A stretch of 64,000 bases of DNA from an uncultured Bifidobacteriaceae bacterium (lineage in GTDB: Bacteria > Acidobacteriota > Vicinamibacteria > Vicinamibacterales > JAENWD01): contig CAYUPN010000005.1 of assembly GCA_964446605.1 (NCBI GenBank), positions 5,039-69,038 of the forward strand, read 5' to 3'. The notes beneath the pieces were generated by a model, which did no database searches, was not told the origin of the DNA, and saw only the letters and a program-made list of their open reading frames with translations. A program made the position numbers and the translations under genes. This document shows positions 28,206 through 38,792 of the stretch, in pieces (within the stretch, counting starts at the first letter, position 1; the number at the start of each line of letters is the position of its first letter).

Positions 28206-29363
28206 GTGCGAATCCTCGTCGCATCCGGGATTTTCCCGCCCGATCCCGGCGGCCCCAGCACGCATCTCGGCCAACTGATTCCGGAACTCGTCGCGCGCGG
28301 GCACGAGGTGCGGGCGGTCGTCTTCGGACATGCCGCCGGCGGCCCGCCCGGCTGCGTAGCAACTCGCATCCCCCTGGACCTGCCGCTCCCGGCACGTGCG
28401 CTGCGCTACGCGCGCGCGTACTGGCGTGAAGCGCGACACGCCGACCGCGTCTACGTCGCGACGATGGGACTGCCGCGCCCGCCGTGCCGGCCTCCGGTGA
28501 TCCTGCGGGTGCCCGGCGACCCGGCATGGGAGCGCGCGGTCAATCGCGGCCTCGTCCCTCCGGGCACGGACATCGACGCGTTCCAGACCGCAAGGTCCCG
28601 GGCACGCGTGGCATGCCTCAAGTGGGCGCGCGCGGTCGAAGCGCAACGCGCCGACCGCGTGCTCGTGCCGAGCGACTATCTGCGCCGGATGGTCGCGGCG
28701 TGGAACGTCGACGCTGAGAAGATCGCGGTCGTGTACAGCGCGGTCGATGACGGGCGCGGCGACGGGCGCGCGATCGATCGGCATGCAGCCCGGGAAGCGC
28801 TGGGATGGGACGCCGCGGGCCAGTACGTCGTGACAGCAGCCCGGCTGACCGCCTGGAAGGGCGTGGATCACCTGATCGACGCCGTGGCCCGCGTGCCGGG
28901 CGTGACGCTCGTTGTTGCGGGCGACGGCCCCCAACGCCAATCCCTGGCGGCGCGCGCCGCCTCCAGCGGCGCGGCGGTCCGCTTCACGGGCATGCTGCCC
29001 CGCGAGCGGCTCGCCACGCACATCAGTGCCGCCGACTACGTTGCGCTCTACTCCGGCTACGAGGGGTTCTCGCACCTGCTCCTGGAAGCGCTCGCCGCCG
29101 GGACGCCGGTGATCGCGAGCGCGCGCGGCGGCAATCCCGAGATCGTCCGCGACCGCGTCAACGGATTCCTGGTCACCCATCCCGATTCCGACGCGCTCGC
29201 CGCCGCAATCAGCCGGGCATTCGCCGGGGGTACGCGAGCCCGGCTCGCGGCGCGAACCGGGGACGGCCTCGCGCGCTTCCGCGCGTCGGCGGCGATCCCC
29301 GCCGTCGCGGACGCCATCGAAACCGCCGGGCCGCGAGCGGCTGCCGTGCCATGCGCGTCCTGA
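28206..29363 (+). CDS. GT4 glycosyltransferase
   Basis: ILVASGIFPPDPGGP, RL..WKG, EGFSHLLLE (EX7E). Confidence 0.88.
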   Translation: MRILVASGIFPPDPGGPSTHLGQLIPELVARGHEVRAVVFGHAAGGPPGCVATRIPLDLPLPARALRYARAYWREARHADRVYVATMGLPRPPCRPPVILRVPGDPAWERAVNRGLVPPGTDIDAFQTARSRARVACLKWARAVEAQRADRVLVPSDYLRRMVAAWNVDAEKIAVVYSAVDDGRGDGRAIDRHAAREALGWDAAGQYVVTAARLTAWKGVDHLIDAVARVPGVTLVVAGDGPQRQSLAARAASSGAAVRFTGMLPRERLATHISAADYVALYSGYEGFSHLLLEALAAGTPVIASARGGNPEIVRDRVNGFLVTHPDSDALAAAISRAFAGGTRARLAARTGDGLARFRASAAIPAVADAIETAGPRAAAVPCAS

Positions 29364-30406
29364 TGCTGACGCAGGCAATCGACCCGGACGATGCCGTGCT
29401 TGGCAGCACGGCGGGGTGGGCCGCGGCGCTCGCGCGCCACGTGGAGTCCGTCGACGTCCTCTGCCTGCGCTCCGGAGGGACGAAGCCGGACGGCGTCGGC
29501 GTCTGGGCCGTCGGCGCGCGCGGCGAGTCAGGCCGCTTCACCCGCTTCATCGCCTTCGAACGCACGCTCGCACGCCTCGCGGCGCGGACCGACGTCGTCT
29601 TCACGCACATGGTGCCGCGATACACGTGCCTCGCCGCTCCCATGGCGATGGCGGGCCGTCTGCCGCTCCTGCTCTGGTACACGCATCGCCACGACTCGTT
29701 CGAGCTCCGCGCCGCCACCGCGCTGAGCCGCGTCGTCGCCACGGCGGTTCCGGAAAGCTTTCCCTTCGCCACGCCGAAGCTGCGCGTGCTCGGCCACGGA
29801 GTGGACACCGGCGTCTTCTCGCCGGCGCCCGTCGCCTCGCCGCCCTCGGCCCCGACAATCGTGTTCGTCGGCCGCCTGGCGCCGATCAAGCATCAGGCCA
29901 CGCTCGTGGAGGCGCTGGCCCGGATCGGCATCGCGCACGACGGCGTCACGGCGGTGTTCATCGGGCCGGAGCACGACGGCGGCGCCTACCGGCGCGAGCT
30001 CCACCGGCTCGCCGAGCGATTCGGATTGCACCAGCGCGTACACTTCGCGGGGCCGCTGCCGCCCGCCAGGGTCGTGGACTGGTACCGCCGCGCGACCGTT
30101 GCCGTGAACCTGAGCCCCGATGGCCTGTTCGACAAGGCGGCGCTCGAGAGCATGGTGGTCGGCACCCCGACGGTCGTCGCGGGCGCAGCGTTCGATCCTC
30201 TGCTCGGGCAGGCCGCATGGCTCCGCGTTCGCGCGCCGGACGACGCGGACGCGCTGGCCGACGTGCTCCGGCAGCTGCTGGCCATGCCGGACGGCGAACG
30301 GCGCGCGCTGGCGATGGACGTCCGGCAGCGCGCGGTCGATGCTCACGCACTCGATCGCTTCATCCTGCGGCTCGTCGCGCTGATGGAGTCGGTCCGCCGG
30401 CAGTGA
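29351..30406 (+). CDS. GT4 glycosyltransferase
   Basis: MRVLMLTQAID, GHGVD, VGRLAPIK, GLFDKAALESM. Confidence 0.85.
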   Translation: MRVLMLTQAIDPDDAVLGSTAGWAAALARHVESVDVLCLRSGGTKPDGVGVWAVGARGESGRFTRFIAFERTLARLAARTDVVFTHMVPRYTCLAAPMAMAGRLPLLLWYTHRHDSFELRAATALSRVVATAVPESFPFATPKLRVLGHGVDTGVFSPAPVASPPSAPTIVFVGRLAPIKHQATLVEALARIGIAHDGVTAVFIGPEHDGGAYRRELHRLAERFGLHQRVHFAGPLPPARVVDWYRRATVAVNLSPDGLFDKAALESMVVGTPTVVAGAAFDPLLGQAAWLRVRAPDDADALADVLRQLLAMPDGERRALAMDVRQRAVDAHALDRFILRLVALMESVRRQ

Positions 30407-30407
30407 C

Positions 30408-31607
30408 ATGGTCGTCATCTACCTTGCCAACGCGCGGCTTCCAACCGAGAAGGCGAACGGCCTGCAGATTGTCGAGAACTGCGATGCCCTGGCGCGCGCG
30501 GGAGCCCGAGTCACCTTGGTTGTCCCGCGGCGCGCGGGCACCAGGCGATCGGCGGACGATGTCCGGACGCACTATGGGCTGCGGCCCACGTTCACGCTTC
30601 GGTTCGTTCCGTGCGTCGATCTGTTCCCGCTCGGGCGCTGGTGCGCCGGCATCGCGGCTCGCGTGCTGCTCCTGACGTTCACGCTGGCGGCCCTGTTCGC
30701 CCTCCGGCGCGAGACGGCGGATGTCTACTTCAGCCGCGATCCGCTGCCGCTCCTCCTGCTCGGCTTCATCAGGCCTCGCGCGGCGCTGGCGTACGAGGCA
30801 CATACGCTGGCGCCCGGCGGGCCCGGCAGGTGGCTCCAGCGCGCCTGCGTCCGCCGCGTCGGCACTGTCGTCGCGATGACGGACCGTCTGGCGGCCGACC
30901 TCCAGCGCGGCGGCGCCGGAGAGGTCGTCGTCCTCCGTGACGGCTACCGCGTCGAGCGCTTCGCGGATCTCCCCTCGCGCGACGAGGCGCGTGCGGCAGT
31001 CGGCGTTCCACGGGACGTGTTCTGCGCCGGCTACCTCGGGCAGCTCGAGACGCTTGGCGCGTCGAAGGGGCTCGAGCTGGTCGTCGATGCGATCGCGCGC
31101 CTCCGCGACCCCCGCCTCCACCTGTGCCTCGCCGGCGGACCCGGCAATCCGGCCGCGGCCCTGCGGGCCCGGTGGCAGGACGCCGGGCTTCGACCCGATG
31201 CGTTCCACTGGCTCGGGGACCGTCCGCCTTCGGAAGCCGCCCGTCTGCTTCCGGCATTCGACGCCTGCCTGCTGCCGCTGCCCGCGACGCCGCACTTCGC
31301 CCTCTACGCGTCGCCGTTGAAGCTCTTCGAGTACATGGCGGCGGGCCGTCCCATCGTCGCCGCGGCACTGCCGTCGATCGCGGAAGTCGTCACATCCGGG
31401 GAATCGGCGCTGCTGGTTCCGGCCGGCGACGCGGCGGCCCTGGCCCGCGCGATTGCGGACCTGCGGGACGATCCGTCGCTCGGTGTGCGGCTGGGGGCTG
31501 TCGCGCGGAATGCGGCGCGCGCTTTCACCTGGGACGTGCGGGCGCGGAAGCTGCTGACTGTGCTGGCTGGGCGGCCGGCGGCGCGGATCGCGCGCCCGTC
31601 CGCGTGA
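30408..31607 (+). CDS. GT4 glycosyltransferase
   Basis: NARLPTEKANGLQI, SPLKLFEYMAAGRPIV. Confidence 0.88.
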   Translation: MVVIYLANARLPTEKANGLQIVENCDALARAGARVTLVVPRRAGTRRSADDVRTHYGLRPTFTLRFVPCVDLFPLGRWCAGIAARVLLLTFTLAALFALRRETADVYFSRDPLPLLLLGFIRPRAALAYEAHTLAPGGPGRWLQRACVRRVGTVVAMTDRLAADLQRGGAGEVVVLRDGYRVERFADLPSRDEARAAVGVPRDVFCAGYLGQLETLGASKGLELVVDAIARLRDPRLHLCLAGGPGNPAAALRARWQDAGLRPDAFHWLGDRPPSEAARLLPAFDACLLPLPATPHFALYASPLKLFEYMAAGRPIVAAALPSIAEVVTSGESALLVPAGDAAALARAIADLRDDPSLGVRLGAVARNAARAFTWDVRARKLLTVLAGRPAARIARPSA

Positions 31608-32907
31608 GCCACAGCACCCAGGCAATGCCGGCTGCCGTCAGCAGCGTGTAGCGAAGCGCGTGGAACCATGCGCCGCCCACCGCACCGGCGCCTGGAATGA
31701 GTGCGTAACCGACCGGCGCGGCGGCCGCAATGGAGAATGCCTGCAGGGCGATCCCGAACGACGGCCTCTCAATCGCGCGGAGCGCGGCGCCGATGCCGAC
31801 GCCCGCGCCGGTCGCGAGCGACTGCAGCGCGAGCGGGTACAGCGCCGGAATGGCCGGCGCGTACTCGGCGCCGGCCAGCCGCACGAGCACGGCCGGCCCG
31901 GCGAGCAGCATCCCTGCGGTCACAACCGCCCAGGCGGCGCCCATGCCGACGGTGACGCCGATGAACGTCCGGCGCGCGCCGTTCCATTCCTCGCCGGCCC
32001 GGAACGGCAGCAGCACCTCGAGATATCTCGCGAAGGCCGAGACCAGCGGATACGGCAGCGACATCGTGCGCAGCGCGGCGCTGAAGTAGCCGGCCGCATC
32101 CGGCCGCAGCACGCCGACGAGGAGCATCGGCAACTGGCTCCCGAGATTCGCCAGGTTCTTGTCGATGGCCAGAGCGAACCCCGCGGCGGTACGGCCGGCG
32201 CGGTCGGCCCTGCCCGCGCGGCGCAGCAGGTCCGCCCATGACGGCAGCGACAGGTCGACGCGCACCAGTCGCCCGTACGCGCGCGTTCCCCAGAGTGACG
32301 CCAGCACGCTCACGCTCACGTGGACGGCCGCGAGGCCCGCCAGCCCGAACCCCGCGAGCAGAACCGCGATCGTGCAGACGGCGGTCACGATCGCGCGGGA
32401 CGTTTCGACCCGGGCGAGACTCCGTGTCCGACCGCGCCCGTGCAGCACGAGGACGAGCAGATTGAACGGCAGGTCGAGGGCGAGCGGAAGGGCAAACCAG
32501 CGCGCCCAGAGGCCGGCGTCCGAGCGTCCGTACAGCCAGCCCGCGATCCACGGCGCGAACAGGAAGAACACCGACACGAGTGGAAGGCGAACGGCGGCCG
32601 CGGCGCGCAGGAAGCGGGCGAGGATCGCGGCAGCCCGCTCCGGCGCGCCTTCGCCGCGCGCCCTTGCCAACTCGGTCAACGCCAGACGGCTCGCGCCGCT
32701 CAGGTCGAAGAACCCGGCGGCTGCGGCGAGCGCCACGCTGATCGCATAGAGTCCCACCGCGTCCGGGCCGAGCACGCGCAACAGGACCAGGCTCGTGGCC
32801 GCCTGCATCGCAACCGTGACGGCCTGGCCAACCTGGAGCGGCAGGGCGCCGGCGATGGCGCCGTGCGCGCCAGCGGCACGGATGCGATCGAGCAGCGGCC
32901 GGATCAT
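31525..32907 (-). CDS. Wzx-like oligosaccharide flippase
   Basis: Many TM segments; RVLGPDAVGLY; AGYFSAA; LAGAEYAPA. Confidence 0.78.
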   Translation of the reverse strand: MIRPLLDRIRAAGAHGAIAGALPLQVGQAVTVAMQAATSLVLLRVLGPDAVGLYAISVALAAAAGFFDLSGASRLALTELARARGEGAPERAAAILARFLRAAAAVRLPLVSVFFLFAPWIAGWLYGRSDAGLWARWFALPLALDLPFNLLVLVLHGRGRTRSLARVETSRAIVTAVCTIAVLLAGFGLAGLAAVHVSVSVLASLWGTRAYGRLVRVDLSLPSWADLLRRAGRADRAGRTAAGFALAIDKNLANLGSQLPMLLVGVLRPDAAGYFSAALRTMSLPYPLVSAFARYLEVLLPFRAGEEWNGARRTFIGVTVGMGAAWAVVTAGMLLAGPAVLVRLAGAEYAPAIPALYPLALQSLATGAGVGIGAALRAIERPSFGIALQAFSIAAAAPVGYALIPGAGAVGGAWFHALRYTLLTAAGIAWVLWLTRTGARSAPPAAQPAQSAASAPARPR

Positions 32908-34028
32908 GAGCGTTCGAGGAGAGCCCGGTAGTGCCGTGCCAACCCCGCCGCAAGGGCCGCCCACGAGAGTGCCTTCGCACGTGCCACGGCGTTGACGGCC
33001 ATGGCGGCGCGCAGCGCGTCGTCTTCGAGCAGACGACACACAGCGCCGGCCGCGGCGGGAGGATCGTTCTGCGGCACGATCAGCCCGGTCTCGCCCTCGC
33101 GGATCGCCTCGGCCGCGCCGCAGCCCGACGTCCCGACCGCCGGCACGGCGGCGGCAGCGGCCTCGAGATACACCAGGCCGAGCCCCTCGAAGGCCTCGCC
33201 GTCCTGAACGGGCAGCTGCAGAAAGACGTCGGCCCTCCGGTACCAGGCCGCGAGCTCCGCGGCGCTCACCTCGCCCATCAGGCGGAACGCGCTGTCCATG
33301 CCGAGCCGCCCTGCCTCCCGGCGCAAGAACCTGACGTAGCCCGAATCCTCGTTCGCGGGTCCGACGACGACGAACTGCAGATCCGGATGGCGGCGCCGCG
33401 CCAGCGCGGCGGCCTCGAGCGCGACGTGGATGCCCTTCCGCCGCTTCACCTGCCCGACGCCCAGGATCACCGGCGCGCCACGCGACCACTCGGGCAGCAG
33501 CACCGGCGCCGGATGCCCTTCGTCCACGCGCACACCACCCGGAAGGACCTCGTGCGGCGGAAGCCGAACTTCACGCGCCATCGCCTGCAGCGTGTAGCGG
33601 CTCTGCGCGACGAGGAGATCCACGCGGCGCAGCGCGCACGCGAACAGCGGGCGCTGGAGGCGGTTCCGCAGTGGTCGCACCGACCACGTGCCGTGCGCCG
33701 TCTGCGCGAACGGTTGTCGTGCGCCACAGGCGAGCGCGAGCAGCGGCAGATACGGTTCCGCGACGCCGTGCACGATGGCGCAGGTCCGCAGCACCCGGCG
33801 AACGCGCGGTGTCGCGGTCAGGTTGCGCACCGTTTCGAATCGCCCCGCGAAGATCGGCGGCAGCACGCCGTGATGCTCAAACCCGGCGAGCTCCGGATCC
33901 ACCCGCCGCTCCGCCGTCACCAGCACCGGTTCGATCCCGACCGCGGGCGCGGCGCGTGCGAGCTCCACGCCGTAGCGCCCCCATCCATCGACGGCGCGGG
34001 CGCGCGGCAGCACGAAGGCGACGCGCAT
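32904..34028 (-). CDS. GT4 glycosyltransferase
   Basis: DGWGRY, VGQVKRRKG, FEGLGLVYLEA. Confidence 0.88.
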   Translation of the reverse strand: MRVAFVLPRARAVDGWGRYGVELARAAPAVGIEPVLVTAERRVDPELAGFEHHGVLPPIFAGRFETVRNLTATPRVRRVLRTCAIVHGVAEPYLPLLALACGARQPFAQTAHGTWSVRPLRNRLQRPLFACALRRVDLLVAQSRYTLQAMAREVRLPPHEVLPGGVRVDEGHPAPVLLPEWSRGAPVILGVGQVKRRKGIHVALEAAALARRRHPDLQFVVVGPANEDSGYVRFLRREAGRLGMDSAFRLMGEVSAAELAAWYRRADVFLQLPVQDGEAFEGLGLVYLEAAAAAVPAVGTSGCGAAEAIREGETGLIVPQNDPPAAAGAVCRLLEDDALRAAMAVNAVARAKALSWAALAAGLARHYRALLERS

Positions 34029-34135
34029 GCTAGCGCGGAGGGTGAAAGGCCATGCGGTATGATAAGCGGCCAACGCGGGAAGACATCCCGTCGATGCCGC
34101 GCGATCACGGTCGCGGCGCGGAGCGCAGTGCGCGG

Positions 34136-35311
34136 ATGCCCCCCGTTCGAGTCCTCTTCCTCAGTTCCTACACCGGGCTCGGCGGCGGCGAGACAAGTCT
34201 GCTGGCGCTCCTCGGCGCGCTCGACCGGTCGCGGCTCTCCCCGTTTCTGCTCTGCCCGCGCGAGGGGCAGTTGACCGACGCGGCGCGGCGACTGGACGTG
34301 GACGTCCGGGTGGTACCATGGCGCGCCGCACCGGTCTGGTTCGCACCGCCGATCTGGACGCGTGCGCCTGCGGTCTCCCGCCTGCTCTCGTGCATCGACG
34401 ACATCCGGCCGTCGGTCCTGCACAGCGAGTTCCACGCGCTCCCGTACGTCGTCGGTGCCGCCCGCCGCCGCGCCCTGCCGGTCGTCTTCACCTGCTACGG
34501 ATGGTGGTTCCACCCGCGGCCCTGGCAGCGGGCCTTCTACGCCGATCGGCGGCTCTCCATCCTGGCCATCTCCGAGGCGGTCCGCACCGGATTTCTCGGC
34601 ACTCCTCCCGCGATCGAGCCCGATCGGGTCGCGCTGGTGCCCCTCGGCGTGGACACGACCACGTTTCGCCCGCGCCCGGATGAACGGCAGGGGCTCCGCT
34701 CCGCGTTCGGGCTGCCGCCCGAGACGCCGGTCGTCACGCTCGTGGCGCGCTTCCAGGACGTCAAGGGCCACGACATCTTTCTCGACATGGCGTCGCGCGT
34801 CCGGTGTGTGAATCCCCGCACATGTTTCGTTGTCGCGGGGGAGAACGTCTTCGGCGGGTCTGCCGAGGAAGCCTACAAGCGACGCGTCCTGGCCATGGCG
34901 GCCGGCGATCCGGTCCTCCGGGAAGCGGTGCGCTTCCCGGGATGGGTCTCACGCCCCCAGGATCTCTTCGCCGCCTCCGACGTCGTCGTGTGCAGCAGCC
35001 GGTTCGAGAGCTTCGGCATGACCATTGTCGAGGCCATGGCCAGCGGAGTGCCCGTCGTCAGCACGAACGTCGGCGGCCCCGCCGAGATCGTGGAGGACGG
35101 CGTGACGGGGTATCTCGTCCCGCCCGGCCGGTCCGACCTGCTGGCGGCACGGGTGGCCGAATTGCTCGACGATCCGGACAGGCGGCGGGCGTTTGGCGAG
35201 GCCGGCCGCCGTCGGGTCCTCGAGCGGTTTACCGTCGAGCGCTACGCCGCCGCTGCCACCGACCTGCTGTTGTGCCTGGCAGCCGGAGGCGCTTCAACCG
35301 GCAGTGCGTGA
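34136..35311 (+). CDS. GT4 glycosyltransferase
   Basis: LGGGE, ARFQDVKG, ESFGMTIVEAM. Confidence 0.9.
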   Translation: MPPVRVLFLSSYTGLGGGETSLLALLGALDRSRLSPFLLCPREGQLTDAARRLDVDVRVVPWRAAPVWFAPPIWTRAPAVSRLLSCIDDIRPSVLHSEFHALPYVVGAARRRALPVVFTCYGWWFHPRPWQRAFYADRRLSILAISEAVRTGFLGTPPAIEPDRVALVPLGVDTTTFRPRPDERQGLRSAFGLPPETPVVTLVARFQDVKGHDIFLDMASRVRCVNPRTCFVVAGENVFGGSAEEAYKRRVLAMAAGDPVLREAVRFPGWVSRPQDLFAASDVVVCSSRFESFGMTIVEAMASGVPVVSTNVGGPAEIVEDGVTGYLVPPGRSDLLAARVAELLDDPDRRRAFGEAGRRRVLERFTVERYAAAATDLLLCLAAGGASTGSA

Positions 35312-36493
35312 GCGCTCGTCGATCGCGGCCTCGTACAGGCTCTCGTACGCGGCAGCCACGCCTGACCAGGTGTATCGCGCCTCGACGAGTCTCCGGCCGG
35401 CGGACGCCAGTCGTCCCGCGCGCGCTGCGTCCTCGAGCAGGCGCACCACGGCTGCCGCCAACTCTTCTGCACCGGTGCCCACCGCCAGGTGCTCGCCCTC
35501 CCTGATCTCGAGCCCCTCGCAGCCGATTGACGTCGTGACCACTGGAAGCGCGGCAGCCATCGCCTCGAGGATCTTGTTCTTGATGCCGGCGCCGCGCGAC
35601 AGCGGCGCGACGAAGCACGCGGCGCGGGCGCGGTACGGAGCGAGATCCGGCACCGGCCCGGTGACGTCGACGCCCTCACCGCGGAGCGCCAGCACCTCCG
35701 GCGCGGGATCTGCGCCGGCCAGCACCACGCGCACCGACGGCACGCGCGCACGCACGCGGGGCCACACCTCGCGAACGAGCGTCACGGCGGCCCGCACGTT
35801 CGGGCCGTAGCTCAGGTTCCCGGTGAAGAGCAGTTCCGGTGGCACGACCGGGCATCGCCGGAGCGGCGGGAGCCGCACGCCGTTTCCGATCGTCGCGATC
35901 GGCAGCGACGGATCCAGCCGCAGGAGGGCTGCGCGATCGTGCGGCGCCAGCACCACGACGCGGTCGAAGCCCTCATAAATTCTGCGTTCGTATGCTCTCG
36001 CCATCGTGAGAGCCGCCCGCAATCGTACGCGCTCGACGAGCCGCGGGCGATCGGCGAGCGCACGCTCCAGGTACAGGCTGAAGCTCTCGTACGGCACGAT
36101 GACCGAGGGGATGCTCCTGACGGCTTCTCGCACCTCGTACACCGTGACGCCCCCGAACAGGTGCACGACGTCATACCGTTGCGAGGCGAGCCGGTGCTCG
36201 ACCACGCGCCACAGCTCGGGGTTCCATGACTCGGCCGCCCGCCGGGGAAACGGCCTCCGGAGCCTGGTCAGGTACTGCAGGTGTGAGCGCGGCGCTTCCC
36301 GAACGACGTCGAGCCTGCGGCAGACTGCCGCCCCACGGGCTGCATCCTCCCCGGTGTCATCAGGCTGGGCGAGCGCGACGACGTCGCATGCGTGCCCCCG
36401 GGCCGCAAGCTCCGGGAGCAGCTGATACAGGATGACGCGGTCGCCGTGATGCGGCGGCCAGGGAAGGCACCGGGCGACGAACAGGATGTTCAC
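35294..36493 (-). CDS. GT4 glycosyltransferase
   Basis: PWPPHHGD, FTGNLSYGPN, GAGIKNKILEAM. Confidence 0.88.
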   Translation of the reverse strand: MNILFVARCLPWPPHHGDRVILYQLLPELAARGHACDVVALAQPDDTGEDAARGAAVCRRLDVVREAPRSHLQYLTRLRRPFPRRAAESWNPELWRVVEHRLASQRYDVVHLFGGVTVYEVREAVRSIPSVIVPYESFSLYLERALADRPRLVERVRLRAALTMARAYERRIYEGFDRVVVLAPHDRAALLRLDPSLPIATIGNGVRLPPLRRCPVVPPELLFTGNLSYGPNVRAAVTLVREVWPRVRARVPSVRVVLAGADPAPEVLALRGEGVDVTGPVPDLAPYRARAACFVAPLSRGAGIKNKILEAMAAALPVVTTSIGCEGLEIREGEHLAVGTGAEELAAAVVRLLEDAARAGRLASAGRRLVEARYTWSGVAAAYESLYEAAIDERSRTAG

Positions 36494-36520
36494 GGGCGAT
36501 CGGTACGGCAGCGGGCGGGA

Positions 36521-37378
36521 TCATGCACAGCGCAGAACCGAGGCGATGTCCTGCGCCAGACGCATCGGCGCGGCACACGCGCGCAGCCGCTGCGCGCGCG
36601 CCGGCCCCCAGCGCAGGCGGGCATAGGTCACCATGTCCTCGTAATACAACCGCCTCGCCAGGCGCCGGACGCTCGCGGTGCTGACCCCTTCGGCGTGCAC
36701 CATGTCGCCAATCGGCGCATAGACGATCGTGTAGCCGGCGGCGCGGATGCGCGTGCACCACTCGTCCTCGGAAAAGTACATGACGAGCCGTTCGTCGAAG
36801 CCGCCCGTGCGCGCGATCGCGTCCCGCCGCACCAGCATGCACGAGCCGGGGATCACCTCCACTTCCCGGGCAGTCGTCCGGTCCCAGTCCGCATACCAGT
36901 ACGAGGCGCGCGCGCGGCGGCGCGCCTGCGGGCGGAACAGGCCGACCGGTGTGTACTCGTAGAGAAGCAGATCGTAGCTCCACGCGCGTGCGCAGTTGCG
37001 CTGGAGCCGGCCGTCGGGAAACCGCATGCGCGGCGATAGCGCGCCTGCGCGGGGATTGGCGTCCATGAACGACACCATCGCCTTCAGCGTGCCCGGCTCC
37101 GGCCGGGCGTCCGAGTTGAGCACCAGCAGGTAGCGGCCCCGGCCGGCCGCGATCGCCTGGTTGTTGGCCGCGGAGTAGAACCGGTTCGTCCGGTTCTCGA
37201 TGAGCCGGACCCGCGGAAACCGCTCGCGTACCATCGCCGCGCTGCCATCGCGGCTGGCGTTGTCCACGACGATGACCTCCATCGCCAGCGATCCGGAATC
37301 CGCCAGCACGCCCTCGATCGTGCCCGCGAGCACGTCACACGTGTTGAAGCTGACGATGGCCACCGTGAGGTCGATCAC
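36521..37378 (-). CDS. GT2 glycosyltransferase (WbbL/rhamnosyltransferase-like)
   Basis: IVSFNT, VVDNAS.DGS, LLVLNSD, GGFDE...MYFSEDEW. Confidence 0.88.
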   Translation of the reverse strand: MIDLTVAIVSFNTCDVLAGTIEGVLADSGSLAMEVIVVDNASRDGSAAMVRERFPRVRLIENRTNRFYSAANNQAIAAGRGRYLLVLNSDARPEPGTLKAMVSFMDANPRAGALSPRMRFPDGRLQRNCARAWSYDLLLYEYTPVGLFRPQARRRARASYWYADWDRTTAREVEVIPGSCMLVRRDAIARTGGFDERLVMYFSEDEWCTRIRAAGYTIVYAPIGDMVHAEGVSTASVRRLARRLYYEDMVTYARLRWGPARAQRLRACAAPMRLAQDIASVLRCA

Positions 37379-38136
37379 GGCGCCGCCTTGCGCGCGATGA
37401 CGAGCGAGGTGAACGCCATCGCGCGCGGCAGCACGCGCGCACAGATCGATCCGAGCGAGTCGGCCACCCGGCTGGTCTCGTAGTAACCGGGTCCGCGGAA
37501 CGGCCTCCCCAATCCCCACAGCGTGAACTCGTGATCCGTGACGTCCTGCTCGACCACCACGAAGCCGGCCGCCGCCACGTGGCGCGACAGCTCGGTGACG
37601 GCATAGGTGGTCTCGAAGTAGCCGTGCGCAAGACCGGTGTCACCACGCAGGCGGCGTCTGGCCCTGACCAGCCGCCACACGAGGTTCGGCGCCGGAACGG
37701 TCAGCACCAGCACGCCGCCGTCCCGGAGGACGCGGTTCGCCTCCCTGAGCGCGGGGCCGGGCCCGAACGCGAAATGCTCCAGCACCCCGAACGAGAGGTA
37801 GGCGCCGAACGCGCCGTTGCGAAACGGCAGGGCGTGAACGTCGCCGGCCGCGAGCCGCAGCGATGGGCGATGGCGCTTCAGGGTCGCCGTCGCCGCGGTG
37901 ACGTAATCCACCCCGACCACGGCATGACCGGCGTCGGCCAGGCCGATCAGTTCGGCGCCGAGGCCGCATCCGGCTTCCAGGATCGGCTCGCCCTCCGGGA
38001 GGTACGGGAGAAACCGCCGCCTCAACCGTCGCGCCCGCGCCCAGGTTCGGCTCTCGAGCTCGCGCGCGACGTTCGTGTCGCGCCAGATGCCGGCCCATGC
38101 GGCCCGCGTCCGTTGATAGACGGGACCATCGATCAT
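37375..38136 (-). CDS. class I SAM methyltransferase
   Basis: ILEAGCGLG, GDVHALPF, SFGVLEHF, RVLRDGG. Confidence 0.87.
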   Translation of the reverse strand: MIDGPVYQRTRAAWAGIWRDTNVARELESRTWARARRLRRRFLPYLPEGEPILEAGCGLGAELIGLADAGHAVVGVDYVTAATATLKRHRPSLRLAAGDVHALPFRNGAFGAYLSFGVLEHFAFGPGPALREANRVLRDGGVLVLTVPAPNLVWRLVRARRRLRGDTGLAHGYFETTYAVTELSRHVAAAGFVVVEQDVTDHEFTLWGLGRPFRGPGYYETSRVADSLGSICARVLPRAMAFTSLVIARKAAP

Positions 38137-38792
38137 CCGGGGGCCATCCGCTCGCGCGCCGCGGCCGCGTCCACGCCACGAATGATCCGCGCCGGATTAC
38201 CTGCCGCCACGACGCCGGGCGGCACGTGCCCCGAGACGACGCTCCCGGCGCCGATGACCGCCCCGCGCCCGATCCTCGAGCCCTTCAACACCAGGACGCG
38301 TGTGCCGATGAAGACGTCGTCTTCGATGACGATCGGTGCCGCGGCGCCCGGGTCGAAGCGCCGCTCCGGCTCGAGGCCGTGAAAATCGGTATCCGCGATC
38401 ACGCTGTTGGCGCCAATCACGACGCGATGCCCGAGCGTCACGCGGAGCTGGGCGCAGATCGCGACCCCGCTCATCGCGGCGCCGTCGCCGATGACGATCT
38501 CCGCGCCGGCCGCCCAGGTCGCCAGGATGGTGGGATGCACGACGCCCAGCGGATTCGACGTGAACCAGTTGCGCATCTCCAGATCGTCGCCGATCACGAT
38601 CCGGCTCGGCCTGTAGCGCTGGATGACCGGAAGCCCGTAGATTCGCCATCCGCGCCCGCACGACACGCCGTGCCGGGCGAAGTGGAGGCGGACGAACGGC
38701 AGCAGCGCGTAGCGGCGCAGTTCGGTCGCCGCCTTCCTCGGCGTGCGGCGCGTCTCCGCCGCCATCGCGCGCAGCGAGTCGGGACGCGCCAC
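38133..38792 (-). CDS. hexapeptide-repeat (LbH) O-acyltransferase
   Basis: IGANSVIADTDFH, IVIEDDVFIG, IGAGSVV, AGNPA. Confidence 0.88.
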   Translation of the reverse strand: MARPDSLRAMAAETRRTPRKAATELRRYALLPFVRLHFARHGVSCGRGWRIYGLPVIQRYRPSRIVIGDDLEMRNWFTSNPLGVVHPTILATWAAGAEIVIGDGAAMSGVAICAQLRVTLGHRVVIGANSVIADTDFHGLEPERRFDPGAAAPIVIEDDVFIGTRVLVLKGSRIGRGAVIGAGSVVSGHVPPGVVAAGNPARIIRGVDAAAARERMAPG